From Eledone cirrhosa (Eukaryota): a stretch of DNA of 64,000 nucleotides. Below, piece by piece: positions 26,087 through 39,725 of the stretch. The notes beneath the pieces are model-generated. The model was not told the origin of the DNA and did no database searches. It was given only the letters and a program-made list of their open reading frames with translations. A program made the position numbers and the translations under genes. Each line of letters opens with the position of its first letter. Position 1 is the first letter of the stretch. The stretch spans positions 18,538,001 through 18,602,000 of the forward strand of contig OZ024746.1 in the NCBI GenBank assembly GCA_964016885.1. The letters are read 5' to 3'.

Positions 26087-27923
26087 TTATGGGGAACTTG
26101 ATTAAATTGATTGACACAAGTGTTCGCAATGTCAGTGTCAGACATCTTGTCTGATTTACAATTATCATGTTCATCCTCACTTTATGTTGAAATCTGAAAT
26201 ATCTCCCTTGAAACAGATCTATCGTGTATTTATATGTTTATGGGTTAACTAGCTGTTTCTCAACAGAAAAATCTAAAATCATATCTACCTTTCTTGATTT
26301 GCTGCGCTTTTAACTTTTTGTTTGAAATTTTGTTGTCTGTGTTACCTTGTAATGTTTCTCACTAAAATATTGTGTTAATAGATTTTATTTATATGCATAT
26401 AATGTTTGTGTTTATTCTTTAATCCCATTAAGAGTTGACTGGCTTTAAATAGGACATTCTATTGTTGATGAATATGATTTTAAAGTGATATGCTGATAAA
26501 TACAATGAATATGAAAATACAACAGAACATAATAGGTTTTTTTATTTTTCCACAGATTGAAAGCAATACATTAACTGGAATGACTGGGTTGACCACCATG
26601 TCTTTCATGAATTGTGTTACAATTATGTTTTTTCATAGTTACAAATGAATTTCAATTGTTAGTGGTGACAACCAGCTCTTCTGCTATGAAAACATTATAC
26701 TGTATTCCCAGTCAAAAGAAAGTGATCCACTAAACTTTATATCCTGTAATGATTTAGCAGAATATCTCTATAAGTATTGTTTTATATATTTTGTACTTTT
26801 GTGGTACAGGACATTAAGAGTTAAAGAACTATATTTTGAAGTAATACTTTCTTAGATTTAAATTCCTTACCATTAACATATGTAAATAAGCAAATAGGAC
26901 CATCAAATACTTAAATCTGAACATAGATACACCTAGATCCTAAAACAAATGCAAAGTAATTACTGAATATCCCAATACATAAATAATACACTCTGAAAAC
27001 AAAGCTAACAGTGAACAAAATACCCAGGAGATAAGACCATTCAATGACCAACTCATAACTATTACACTCATTAAAACAAAGCCAATTACAAACTTAGAAC
27101 CAAGACATCATCCATAATTCCGACTCATACTCCGTAACCCAATCACCAACCCACTCTAAATACCAGTATGGTGTAACTTTAATAATATATGCAAATTTCT
27201 GTGTGTCTGCTCATGCCAGTAAGGAAAGTGGATGTAAAATGATGAATCCCCATCATTTTTACATCCAATTTTCCATGCTGGCACACATTGGATAGGATTT
27301 TTGAAGCAGGGTTTTACCGATAGAGGGCCTTCTTTTTAGTCACCTCTTGTGACACACAGATATGATGTACATATTCTAAAAAGCAAGAGGGTATAATCAG
27401 TGAGGCATTGAACCTAAATACTTTGTGTTATTTGATTACATTCCTTGCATTACATTCATTAGATTACATTCCTTACATTACATTCATAAGATGACTGTCT
27501 TTCCAGGGACAATACAATAAGTACAAGACAAAATATGGGGTTTAATATATTTGCCTGCCTAACACTCTTGACTGTTTTACACCAGCATGGTCACAATCCA
27601 ATGACAAATACCAGTAAAAGAATACAAATAAGAGAGGGCATGAAGAGCATTACATGGAGCCTATAATAGAAGCCGCTCAACTCAGAAAAATGAAAGTGTG
27701 AGATTGCTAGTAACAAAGAAGTATGGTTTAGTGTAATATAGAAAGCTATGAGAAAAAAAAAAGATTGATTGTTTTTGTATTGTAATATGTGATAGTTTCT
27801 AGTTTTTAACAAAAATGTTGGGTAAATTATAAACCATGACATAAACCATGATTGACCTAGATAATTTAAGTATTCTAATCCAAAGATATACATTTTATTA
27901 ACCCATACAACCACATCAACCTA

Positions 27924-28117
27924 TGAGGGTAGACTGAAAAGTTCATAGGCTAACAATGAAGGAATGATGTTAGAACTGTGAAATCTTGCATGCATTAATT
28001 TCAACTCTTATTAATAACTGCATTGTTTCTTTCCAGGGACAATGTTGAAAATAAACCTCATTTGGTCATTCTATGAGAGTGTATTGTTCAGTCTATGAAC
28101 TTTTCAGTCGACCCTCA
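27924..28117. mobile_element. Mariner-type MITE (~194 bp)
   Basis: TA|tgagggtagactgaaaagttcatag ... ctatgaacttttcagtcgaccctca|TA: near-perfect TIRs with TA duplication. Confidence 0.88.
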
Positions 28118-29372
28118 TATATATGTACAACCACTCCAGCAAACGCCTAGATAGGAACAGTTCTACAACATTCTAAAATTGAAGTTTATTGTCAGCTCAA
28201 ATAATCAATCACAAGCACATGTATAGAAATCACAATAATAAATTAATTCTATAGATTCAAACATTGTGCGGAGCCGCTAATAATTCTCAGAGAATTGAAG
28301 TAACATCAGACAAAAGGTTCATCTTTTGCTGAGAGATATTGCTCAGACTGGGGTGTAAAGTCTGTCATTCCCTCTCCCTTTTCATTGTCTAATTTCTTCT
28401 TTCATTTCATTTCTTTTATTTTACTTCTATTCTTCATTTCCTTATTGCTTTGTATAAATTTTTAAAGTTAATAAACTAGATAGATAAATAAACCCAATTG
28501 CACAGTAAATATATGGTCATTTCCTTGTTAAAAGTCTAAATAGAATTTACTGGGACTACAACCATTACTATATTCTCTAATCAACTTATGATGAGTAAAA
28601 CAATGCTTGAAAAGAATTTGTGTCAAATTAAAATATCAAGATTGTATCTTCACATATTACCAATTCATGATCAATTTAGCTATTTCCAGATTATGTCCAA
28701 ATACTATATATATATATATAAAGAGAGAGTGAGATAGATAGAGAGAGAATTAGAGTGGAATAATCCACTATTATTTTTGGTAAGGTGTGTCAAGTCGACA
28801 TCATGCAGGTATCCCAGTCAAAGGTGTACTCAAAAGAGTTACAATACCCACAGATAAAGACATTGAAAGCTACAGAGCATAAATAATTAATACAAAAGGA
28901 AAACAATGGTTGTTATTCAAATTGCATCTTTATATATACACACACACACACACACAGTGGAACTTCAGTTGGCGAATTTAATTCATGTGACCTGACCTAC
29001 CCTCCCATTTTCCACTAGCACTCCCTAACAGTTATTCTCAACTTCACTACCTCATCCCCACCACACACACACAAATTCCTGGCAGCTCTTCCCCCCATGA
29101 AGTGGTTGGCAATAGGAAGAGCTCCCAGACATGAAGAGCTTTCCAAGTAAGCAAACAAAAGGTTGGGAGGACTCTTCAGTTGTGTCATGAACATGACAAC
29201 CTCTCTAGTGTTGGTGATTTACACGATAAATGAACCCAGGACATGCTGTAAAGTGGTTGATGATAGTAAGGGCATCCAGCCATAGAAAACTTGCCAAACA
29301 AAGGGTTGAGAGGACCTTCGGTTGTGTCAAAAGCATGACAACCTCTCCTGAGCACTTGATGGGACGTCAGAC

Positions 29373-29731
29373 CATCATTTCATTTTTCATTTTACGTCCA
29401 CTTTTCCCTGCTTGCAAGGGTGGGACGGGAACTGATTCTGGCTTTATTTCTACAGCTGGATGCCCTTCCTAACACCAACCTCATTTACAGTGAGTGCTGG
29501 GTGCTTTTTTGCCGTGGCACCTCCACGACCACTTTGCAGTGGAATGATATGGAACCCAGTCCCTATCATCTCATTTCTACAGCTGAGTAAACTGGAGCAA
29601 TGTGAAATAAAGTGTCTTGCTCAAGGAAACAACACATCACCCGGTCTGAGAATTGAACTCACAACCTTTCGATTGCAAGGCCAATGCTCTAACCACTAAG
29701 CCATGGGCCAATGCTCTAACCACTAAGCCAT
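29373..29731 (-). mobile_element. Young RTE-tailed tRNA SINE with duplicated 5' 26 nt
   Basis: Near-identical to 42403-42746. ggccaatgctctaaccactaagccat occurs twice in tandem. Confidence 0.9.
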
Positions 29732-29860
29732 ACATAACACAAAGGTCCCTGGCTTGCTTGAGAGATCACTGGCTCTGCTTCAGTACAAACTTGGTCTATA
29801 TAAACCCATTCAACCGTTGCTAACAGGGAAAGCAGATATTGAAATGACAATGATATATAT

Positions 29861-30250
29861 ATCATCATCATCATTTCATTTTACGTCCGCTTTTTCCCTG
29901 CTTGCAAGGGTGGGACGGGAACTGATTCTGGCTTGATTTCTACAGCTGGATGCCCTTCCTAACACCAACCTCATTTACAGTGAGTGCTGGGTGCTTTTTT
30001 CCGTGGCGCCTACACGTTGACTTTACAGTGTGGGCTGGGTGCTTTTTTGCAGTGGCACCTCCACGACCACTTTGCAGTGGAATGATAGGGACCCCAGTCC
30101 CTATCATCTCATTTCTACAGCTGAGTAAAGTGGAGCAATGTGAAATAAAGTGTCTTGCTCAAGGAAACAACACATCACCCGGTTTGAGAATTGAACTCAC
30201 AACCTTTCGATTGCAAGGCCAATGCTCTAACCACTAAGCCATGTGCCTCC
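29861..30250 (-). mobile_element. Young RTE-tailed tRNA SINE with internal ~47-bp duplication
   Basis: Near-identical to 42403-42746 plus an extra tttacagtg.g.gctgggtgctttttt.c.gtggc unit. Confidence 0.9.
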
Positions 30251-30376
30251 ATATGTATATATATATATATTATTAAAATAACAGATTAAAGTTTAAGCAA
30301 AGAATCGCTGCTTTCACCCTTAACGGGATCTAAACTTTAATCTGTTATTTTAATAAATATTTGCTCTACGGTTCTT

Positions 30377-30850
30377 ATCATCATCATCATCATCATTTTA
30401 CGTCCGCTTTTCCCTGCTTGCAAGGGTGGGACGGGTCTTATTCAGCACAGCATCTCTCCACTCGTCACGGTCCCTCGTCATCTCCACCGTGAGCTTCAAT
30501 GATCTGAGGTCTGTTCTCACCACCTCCGCCCATGTTTTTCGTGGTCTACCTCTACCACGTCTTCCCTCAACTGGCATTTCCTGGCACTTCTTCACCCATC
30601 GGTCATCCTCCATGCGCATCACATGTCCATACCACCTCAGTCTCCTCTCCCGTACACTACATTCTATCCCTCTCAGACACAGTTTCTCTCTCAACACATT
30701 TATGCTGGGTCGTTCACGCACATTTACACTGCACATCCAACGGAGCATGCTTGCCTCATTTCTCTCCAGCCGTCGCATATCCTCTGCGGTTGCTGCCCAT
30801 GTCTCACTACCATGCAGCATCGCGCTCCTCACACAGGCATCATACAATCT
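30377..30850 (-). mobile_element. Young 5'-truncated RTE-clade LINE
   Basis: Stop-free frame RLYDACVRSAMLHGSETW...RRLRWYGHVMRM...GRRGRGRPRKTW...EKRT*, an (ATG)n tail and retained CpGs. Confidence 0.93.
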
Positions 30851-30933
30851 TATATATTTGATATATATATATATATCCTTATCGAGCCCTCTTTGGATTT
30901 TAGGCTTCAAATTTATTATTATTATTACTATAT

Positions 30934-31327
30934 AGGGCAGTGGATTGGCAGTATCAGTGGAGGGTCGGACGCCATGCTTTCCAGCATAGTTACGTCCCTT
31001 TACGATCTGAGTTCAAATCCCGCCGAGGTTGACTTTGCCTTTCATCCTTACGGGGGTCGATAAAATAAAGTACCAGTAAGGCACTGGGTAATTGCTGGCC
31101 TTGTGCCTAAAGTAGAAACAATTATTACTATATAGGGCGGTGGATTGGCACTATCGGTAGAGGGCCGGACGCCATGCTTTGCAGCAAAAAGTTACGGCCC
31201 TTTATGGTCTGAGTTCAAATCCCGCCGAGGTTGACTTTGCCTTTCATCCTTACGAGGTCGATAAAATAAAGTACCAGTAATACACTGAGATAATTGCTGG
31301 CCTTGTGCCAAAAGTAGAAACAATTAT

Positions 31328-31330
<3 letters not shown>
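30934..31330 (+). mobile_element. Tandem dimer of Nin-domain-like SINE
   Basis: Two well-preserved ~200-bp head-to-tail copies. Confidence 0.88.
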
Positions 31331-31374
<44 letters not shown>

Positions 31375-31731
31375 GCCCCCATGCCCCCCACCGCAATAGA
31401 CAATATGCCCCCACCGCAAGGTGGTCGTGGAGGTGCCACGGAAAAAAAGCACCCAGCCCACACTGTACAGTGGACGTGTAGGCGCCACGGAAAAAGTACC
31501 CAGCACTCACTGTAAATGAGGTTGGTGTTAGGAAGGGCATCCAGCTGTAGAAACCAAGCCAAATCAGTTCCTGTATGAGCAAGGCATGGTCAGCCGACCA
31601 GACACTGCCCACAACAGGACAACCCGTCTAACCCATGCTAACGTGGAAGAACGGACGTAAAACGGTGATGATGATGATGATGATGATATATATATGAAAA
31701 ATGGCGTGCTGCGTGGTTGGAAATGGGTTAC

Positions 31732-32315
31732 ATATGAATAAAATTAATCCTTCATCAGTGATCTTCCAACCTTCATTGGTATTTCTTCGCTTTAAAGATC
31801 ATATACCTCTGGTTGGTGCGAGCAATAACTAAAGAAAGTTATTGAGACATGTCTCGTTCACTTCACCCTAATTTACGTGTCCCAATAACTTTTTTTTAGT
31901 TATTGCTCGCACCAACCAGAGGTATAGCCAGTCACTCTCTCTCAGCTGGCCTCTTCCTCACGCTTTCATTCACTCACTCTCTGCTACTCCCCCTCTCTCA
32001 CTTCCTCCTGTTTGACCTCTGTGAAATCCTTTTCTCGCTCACATCTCACCCAGGTCGGATGGTCTTTATCTCTCATCTATGATTTCACAGAACTTAAGTT
32101 CATAGATATCATGGACTTGTTTCTTCTCTTCCTCTCTTTCCGTGTCATTACCATCTATGTTTGTTTACATGTCTCGCTCGCTTCACCCTATTTTACGTGT
32201 CCCAATAACTTTCTTTAGTTATTGCTCGCACCAACCAGAGGTATATGATCTTTAAAGCGAAGAAATACCAATGAAGGTTGGAAGATCACTGATGAAGGAC
32301 TAATTTTATTCATAT
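31732..32315. mobile_element. Foldback with internal direct repeat, Penelope-like architecture
   Basis: 118-bp arms (31732-31849 and 32198-32315) with 2 mismatches. 31849-31926 directly repeats 32169-32245. Confidence 0.6.
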
Positions 32316-32467
32316 ATATATAAACATATCTTATGCAATATTTTTTTTAAATAATGCAGTAAAGCAAGTTGATTGTGTCTCATTGAAATAACTACTTTAT
32401 TATCAAAATTTACTAATGCATTTAATGTCTGAATTTTTGCTCTCAATAAATATAAAGATACACATAC

Positions 32468-32508
32468 CTTAGAAAGAAAAACTATTTCATTTTAAAAGAT
32501 TTCATAAC
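32468..32508 (-). other. Candidate 41-nt 5'-UTR exon of DAAM
   Basis: Strong acceptor (ccttttctttctatttcag) and donor (AAG|gtatgt) on the DAAM strand. No transcript evidence is available. Confidence 0.5.
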
Positions 32509-35479
32509 CTGAAATAGAAAGAAAAGGACTTAGTGCATAGAAAAAACCCAATGTCAGATAATTTTTTATAATATGACTTAAGCAAAAGAAGAAAATATAA
32601 TGTAGGCCAACAAGTAAACATGTACACAATTGTTTGACTTGCTCAGGTAACACTTGATCAACAAAATATGTCTCCCAAAATAAGGACTATATAATATGTC
32701 ATCAAATACAACACCAGCTCGGACATTGATTGAATGTTTCAGTTGATTGGCTACCTCTGCCATGTTTACCTGAGCAACAACAACAAAAAAAAAAACAAAG
32801 TAGAATCCACAAATATAATATCTATTATATTTTTTATGGGCAATAAATAACAACCTGGGTGATTTTTGAAAAGGTAAGTTCCCAGCAAGCTGTACCTCCT
32901 GACTTGTTTCACTTGATGGTTATAATTATTTTACTTCACTTCTCTTATGCTATTCATACACTTGAAAATGTCAAACATCTAAATATATTTTCATTCTCCC
33001 TCTAAGTCAATATAGCTGTGCTAAACAGTCCATTGTCTATATATATACGTAAAAGTCAAACAATTCAACTATGCTAGTATGGATATATAAACAATAAAAT
33101 GGCAATATATGAAATTATTACTGACTGACATATTGAAATGTACGACCCTGTGAATATAATCAATAAACAGGCTGGCTCAACATTTTTACAACGGAAACAA
33201 TTTTAACACAGACACACATACACACAATAAAAGATACGGAATACAAGGATGTGCTACTAATAACTTTCTACTCTATTTCTAAACACTTCATATTTTTATC
33301 ATCATCATCATTATTTTACATCCATCGTTCCATGCTTGCATGGGTTGGACAAGTCATTCTAAACACTTCATATTTTCATTAATCATCATCATTTTATGTC
33401 CATTATTCCATATTTGCATGGGTTGGATGGTTCCTTCGAAACACTTCATATATTTATCATCATCATTTTATGTCCATTGTTCCATGCTTGTACGAGTTGA
33501 ACAGGTCCTTCTCAGTACAGCATCTCTCCACATGTCACAAACCTTTCCGCTATATTTATACATATATTAGACATATCTGAACATGACATTTACTTGAGAA
33601 AACTATTTTCAAGATTGCTTCTATTTAACTGTTTCTACAGTAAGCTTGTTTGCTTAGAACAGCAAGAACCATACAAGAGGTGTTACTATCTCAGACTGCA
33701 GGAGACAGCTTGATAACTTCGATCAATCGAATTGATCAACAAGATCCCAGACATCATTCGTATATCGAGTGAGAGTGGACCTCATCAAATCAGACCAAGG
33801 AAACAATGTTTCCATTGCTGATACTATCTACCAGTCACAACTCTTGGCAGAAGGACAATGAAATGCTAAGTAAAGAGATAACAATAATAAACTGACTAAA
33901 ATGTGAGAGACAGAATATATTGTTAAAGAGTGAAGTTACATATGTGCTAGGGTGTAAAGGAGAGACAGAAATCAAGTATATTTGAAGTTGGTGAAAACGT
34001 CAAAATATTGACTTTGAATATAACTCCCCCCCTCCCCCAGTTTACCATTGACTTTTTGGGAGGGATGTCACATATTCCTCGGCTTATATTTAAGTATATA
34101 CGTCATATATGTAGTAGGGTGTATAGGAGAGACAGAAATCAAGTGTATATGTAAAGTGAAGAGAATTCAATTTAACAACCAACACATTAATTTCAAAACA
34201 AAAATACTTTGTCTGTCTCTAAAAATGTGCCAATTTAATTATCATTTAAAACATGTCAAGTCCTCTTTTCCTCAAGTTTCAATGGGATATTCTTGAACTA
34301 CACAATGTGCATACCACCTGTTTTTGTACAATGTATTTGCCTGCCAGTCATCTAATAAGCTAAGAACTCAGAAAAGTACTTTGTCAACTGACATGACATT
34401 TTCTCCTCACACGTTAACATTTACTGTTTCAATTAATGCAGCAAAATAAAGGATGTGAGATGGAACAATAATTCAACAATAATTCTTTCTTTTATTTTGG
34501 CACAAGGTCCCATTCATTCATATAACAATAGGTTACAATAACATAAAGGCATGTATGCCTTGTATGCATACATCCATGGTCCTGTAACTCTTGAGGGAGT
34601 CATAATGGCAACATATTGACATATGGTGTTTCTAGGGTAATTTTTTTAACCTGACAGAGCCCATTTCCTCTCCAGGTAGATTTCTTCCAGTGAAAGATAG
34701 AGAGTGAGAAAGGAAGTGAGAAATAGATATAGAGGAAGAATCAGCTGCAGTACTTGACTGATACTTTATTTTTATTGATTTTGAATGGATGAAAGGCAAA
34801 GTTAACATTGTTGGGATTTGAACTCAGACAGCCAAAATGAATACTGCAAAGCATTCTATCTGACATTTTAACGACTCTGCCAATTCACCATCTGTATAAA
34901 GTGATATAAAACTGAAAGGTGAGGCAAAAGACATAATATATGAAGATATATTAATTCTTGTTTTTTAATGATGTACAAGCACCCAGTTGTTTGAACAACC
35001 TACTCACTGCATTAGCATGTAAAGTAGTGGAATATTTTTTCATGGACACGTGTACACTTAATGTAATTCTTAAGTGGAATCAGCATGATACAGTGACAAG
35101 TTACAATGGGCTTTCATATAGTTTCCATCTGCCAAATTTCATGCACAAAACTGGTGTAGACCCAAGACTATGGTAAAAAAGAAAAATGCCAAGCAGTGCG
35201 ACCAAATCCAGGATCTCATAACTGCGAAGTAAACTTTATAACCACTCACACATACATACACTCATACACACTCACACACATACTCATATACATATGCTCT
35301 CACACACACACACACACACATGTAACTAAATGAAATGTACATAAAAACACAAAACAGTCAACTGTAGAAATCTGGTAGAGGCGGTGAATTGATGTCAGAA
35401 TGTTTTGAGATATTCATTTCAGCTTTCTATTCTCCGAGTTCAAATCATGCCAAAGTCAACTTTACCTTTCATCATCATA

Positions 35480-35950
35480 ATCATCATATTTACGTCTGTT
35501 TTTCCATGCTTGCATGGGTTGGATGGGTCTTTTTCAGCACAGCATATCTCCATTCATTGTGTTCCTTCATCTTTTCTGCTGTGAGTCTCAACATTTTGAG
35601 GTCAACTCTCACCACCTCTACCCCAGTCTTTCTTGGTCTACCTCTAATGAGGCTTCCTACCACTGAGATTTCCAAGCACTTTTTCACTCAGCAATCATCA
35701 TCCATGCACATCATATGTCCGTACCAACACAGTCATCTCTCTTGTACACCACTTCAAATTCCTCTTAAACCCAGTTTTTCCCTCACTTCATCCAAGCTCT
35801 GCTTTTCTCTGCCATTCACATTGCATCTCCAACTTCATTTTTGTCCAGCCTACACATGTCCTCAGCAGTCACTGCCCATGTTGTGCAACCATGCAGCACA
35901 CAACCATCCTTTTTTATGTAGAGAGAAACCTTTTGTTGTCAATAATAGTA
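35480..35950 (-). mobile_element. RTE LINE 3' fragment (older)
   Basis: MKKCLEISVVGSLIRGRPRKTGVEVVRVDLKMLRL..., homologous to 30377-30850. Confidence 0.85.
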
Positions 35951-36429
35951 CTCGCCCAATAATGGGATCTAGCCTTCCTCTCTTGCCTCTGGAAGTAACT
36001 GATAGTGCTCAGGGCTAGAGAGGGGGGGGGGGGTTCTTGCCAGGTTTAAATGCCAAAACATGCAATGATGGTACATTTAAAACCACATAAGTAATCCAGG
36101 GCCCATAGACAGACAAATGTGAATATGAATTTTTCACAAAGCTGTATGTGGACACATCCATCCACCTCTAAAAACAATAAGATATATACCAGAAAAGGTA
36201 TCAAAGAATGACAAAACAACCGTACTTTGGAATATGCCAATACACAGACAGGGAGACCAAAGCCAACTGATCAGTTATTATAATTAACAGCACACACACA
36301 ACAACATTTTATACCACTCAACACTCATATACACCTCTGTACACATGTAAACCTCCCATCCCCCATCACATACATGGATATCCCACCCGACCCCACTGAA
36401 GCTATCAGTCCCACAACACACAAGATTTA

Positions 36430-36990
36430 GCCTTCTTCTGGAAAAATGCACCTTTATTATTCAGGAACAGGAGATAACTTCTAAATATCTGATGAATAAG
36501 AGAGATAAGGACAACTCCAGATAGAAAATGTCAATATGGAAGATATTATTCACATCATCTGCAGCTGTCCAAAAATGTCAGCAATAATCTAGCTTCCCAT
36601 GGGATATGACATAACTATGAAAATTATTTATGATGTAATTTTCAGGTAGGATTGCCTTGATGGTCATGACAGAAACACTTCATAACTAAATATATCAACA
36701 TCTCTAAAAATCAAGACTACTGGTGGAATATTCCAATAAAAACAGCAAACCAGGGGTGTAAACACCAGAGACCCAATACAGTTCTGTAAGACAGGGAATA
36801 AAAGTGATGCTCTGTTGAGGAGGCCAACTGCTGGGTCAATGTAAATATATTGTCTAAGATTGAAGAAAAAATATGGCGAACTAATGTATCCTATCTTGAC
36901 TATATATTCATATTTATACCAATTATCATTGGTTCATAGGACTATGGAACTACAGATTTCAATAAAAGTCTGGAAATGGTAGGGTTTACT
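36430..36990 (+). mobile_element. R4/Dong-like RLE retrotransposon C-terminal fragment
   Basis: Degenerate translation FIIQEQEITSKYL ... EDIIHIICSCPKMS ... DYWWNIPIKT ... NILSKIEEKYG ... IPIIIGS, resembling the zinc-knuckle/RLE region. Confidence 0.65.
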
Positions 36991-37132
36991 AAGAAAGAAC
37001 AAACCAAACTAACTCACATCCTCCTAATTCAATTAATTAGCGGCACTGTGAAGATTTGTAAGACATTCCAAAGTTTCTCCATTTGAGTTTTCTGGAAGGA
37101 ACATATGTGCATAACTACAATGTATGCATATG

Positions 37133-37163
<31 letters not shown>

Positions 37164-37405
37164 AATCATACACATACAGAAAATAACCATGTACACACAC
37201 ACAAACCCCATATACTAGAGAGACATATTCACTTGTAACATGAGTGCAAGTACATACCATTACATATATGTACACACTAGCTCACTCACTTATTTACAAA
37301 TCCCTGCTATAGTCACAACTTAAAACAAAAAAGCTTTGTCACTTCGTTAGTGACTGGCTTGAAATACTGAAGAGAAGAATTTACATAAATCTCAAAGAAA
37401 ACAGT

Positions 37406-37437
<32 letters not shown>

Positions 37438-39682
37438 TATAGCAAGAAACATATACATTAAATAGTTAGCCTTGTTACTATACTTTTACTCTCAACTATT
37501 CTCCTTTAACACTTAAGTCATTTACCCGTTTAGCAATTAGCAGAAAAATATATAAATATGGTTGCTAATGTATGGAAACCTTAATTTCTTTCATAATCTC
37601 TCAAGTTTCAGAAACCAAAAATAGGAACTTCAACAAGAGTTCTAGTTAGTGACAGCATACTAACATTGAATAAGAGAGGGAAAAAAGATTTTCTATTTTT
37701 AGTTATCAGTGAAAAGCTTACACACAGGCAAAAAGGAAATTGGATAACATTTAGAGTTTGAAGAAAAACAAATCTTTTAAATCATCTGGAGAATGTTTTG
37801 ATTGTGAACCCTAATCTTTGATCTTAACAGCTTTAAGCTATTCCTTCTGGCTATATATATGTACTTTGAAAATTATGTCTCACTTCTTTTTTCCTAGAAC
37901 TTCCACCCAAACCAGAAAGTTATATGAAATTATTTTCAATTTCATATAATGTATAAGAGAAAATACAAATATTATAAAACCTTTTTTTTCCTCTCCCCAC
38001 CATCCACCCCACCCATCCAGCCATAGCTAGCAAATTTGAATGTTTGGCACAAACACACTAAACACCATAAATACACAACTATTGCAACTATAATTAAGTA
38101 TATTGCTGAAGAACATAGTTATAACATCAAATTATATTGCAAATATTACAATATGGTCAATTGCGCCTCCTAATATAAAAATATATTTCTATCAGTTTAA
38201 TAAACAGATATAAATGATCATATTTACTGACTTCCTGCTTTTTAGCAATATCAACTTTCTTCTCAGTTTTCACTTCATGGTATGAGGAAGTCGTTAGGGC
38301 ACCATAGTGGCATACAGTGTTTCTTGTGCATTTTTTAAAACCTGGTGGAACCCATCCCTCTCCAGGTCTGGACACACAGAAAAATAGAAGTGAAGAAGAG
38401 ATATGAAGATTCAACCCCAGTACTAGACTGGTACTTTTTTTATCAACCTCAAATGGATGAAAGACAAAATTGACCTCAGCGGGACTAGATAGCAGAGAGC
38501 TGGAATGAATACTGCAAAGCATTCTAGACATTCTAACAACTCTGCCAATTTGCCGCCTTTCAACAAATCATAAGAATGTTCTTTACCAAAATATGAATTT
38601 TCTACCTTTACAAAAAAAAAAAAAAAAAAAAAAAAAATCAGTTTAAACAAGGGTAAATTTATCTAAAAGATAAAATGTGTATTTCTCCTAGATGGTGCCC
38701 AGATTTGGAAAGCAAAATTAATATTGGAAATCTTTGAAACAATAAGCCAGGATCACAAGGCAGACTGACCCTTAAGTTTCATTTATGGTGGTGACATGTG
38801 GAATAGATTTACTTCCATAAGCATGAGTGGGTTGATAAATGAAATAGTGTTTTCAGTGTTTTTTGTTTTATATCTTTAAAGCTACAAGTTTCCATTGGTT
38901 TAAATAAATTAGTTTGTTTTAAAGTTTTTAAAAAAAGATCCAATTTAGATCAAAATAGTTGTTACCCTAAACAACTTCAAATTTAATAAAATCAGTTGTC
39001 ACCCACTTGGGTGTCCAAGTATTACATATTGAGTTATTCTTCTCGTCATCATCCTATATAATGTAGTTTCAATATAAATATAAAAATGTGGGAATACATG
39101 TTTTTTTTTTAACAATTGACAAGATCCCAGACCTCATTCACTTACCAGATGGGGTTTCCATTGGTCTTTCCATTGCTAATACTATCTACTGGTCGCAACT
39201 ACTGGCAGAAAGAAATAAAGCACCTTGCTGATGGACATAATTCATTGCCTGGTCTTGGAATTGAAATTACAACCTCACAATTTTGAATCTGATAATTGAA
39301 CTTGCAACCTCGTGATTGTGAATCGATTCTCTAACCACTAAGCCACACCTACATCATCAATTTTATGTGTGGTTTTACCCAAAATTAATATTTTCATTCC
39401 AACCTCCTATTTTGAAATCACATTTAAAGAATTAATGAATTCTACATAACCTGTATTCAATATTTTACTATATGTTAAATAAATTAGTTTGAAATCAAAT
39501 TAACTACACCTGATAAAGTCATAGAAAAACATTCTAGAAGGGGAGGTGCTCAGAGTTGGACTTTCATCTGCTGAAGTCCTAAGCTATATGAAATTTGAAG
39601 CCTTTCTCTAAAAAATTCAGGTAAAAAAATTCATAATAATTATACATGAATATTATTTTTTATATTTATGTTAATGATAGAG

Positions 39683-39725
<43 letters not shown>

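Noticed and set aside
32578-32853. 91-aa ORF with an acceptor-like site and a 12-bp inverted repeat (32639-32650 / 32766-32777)
   Set aside because: No recognisable homology or donor, and the short inverted repeat could be chance or a MITE relic.
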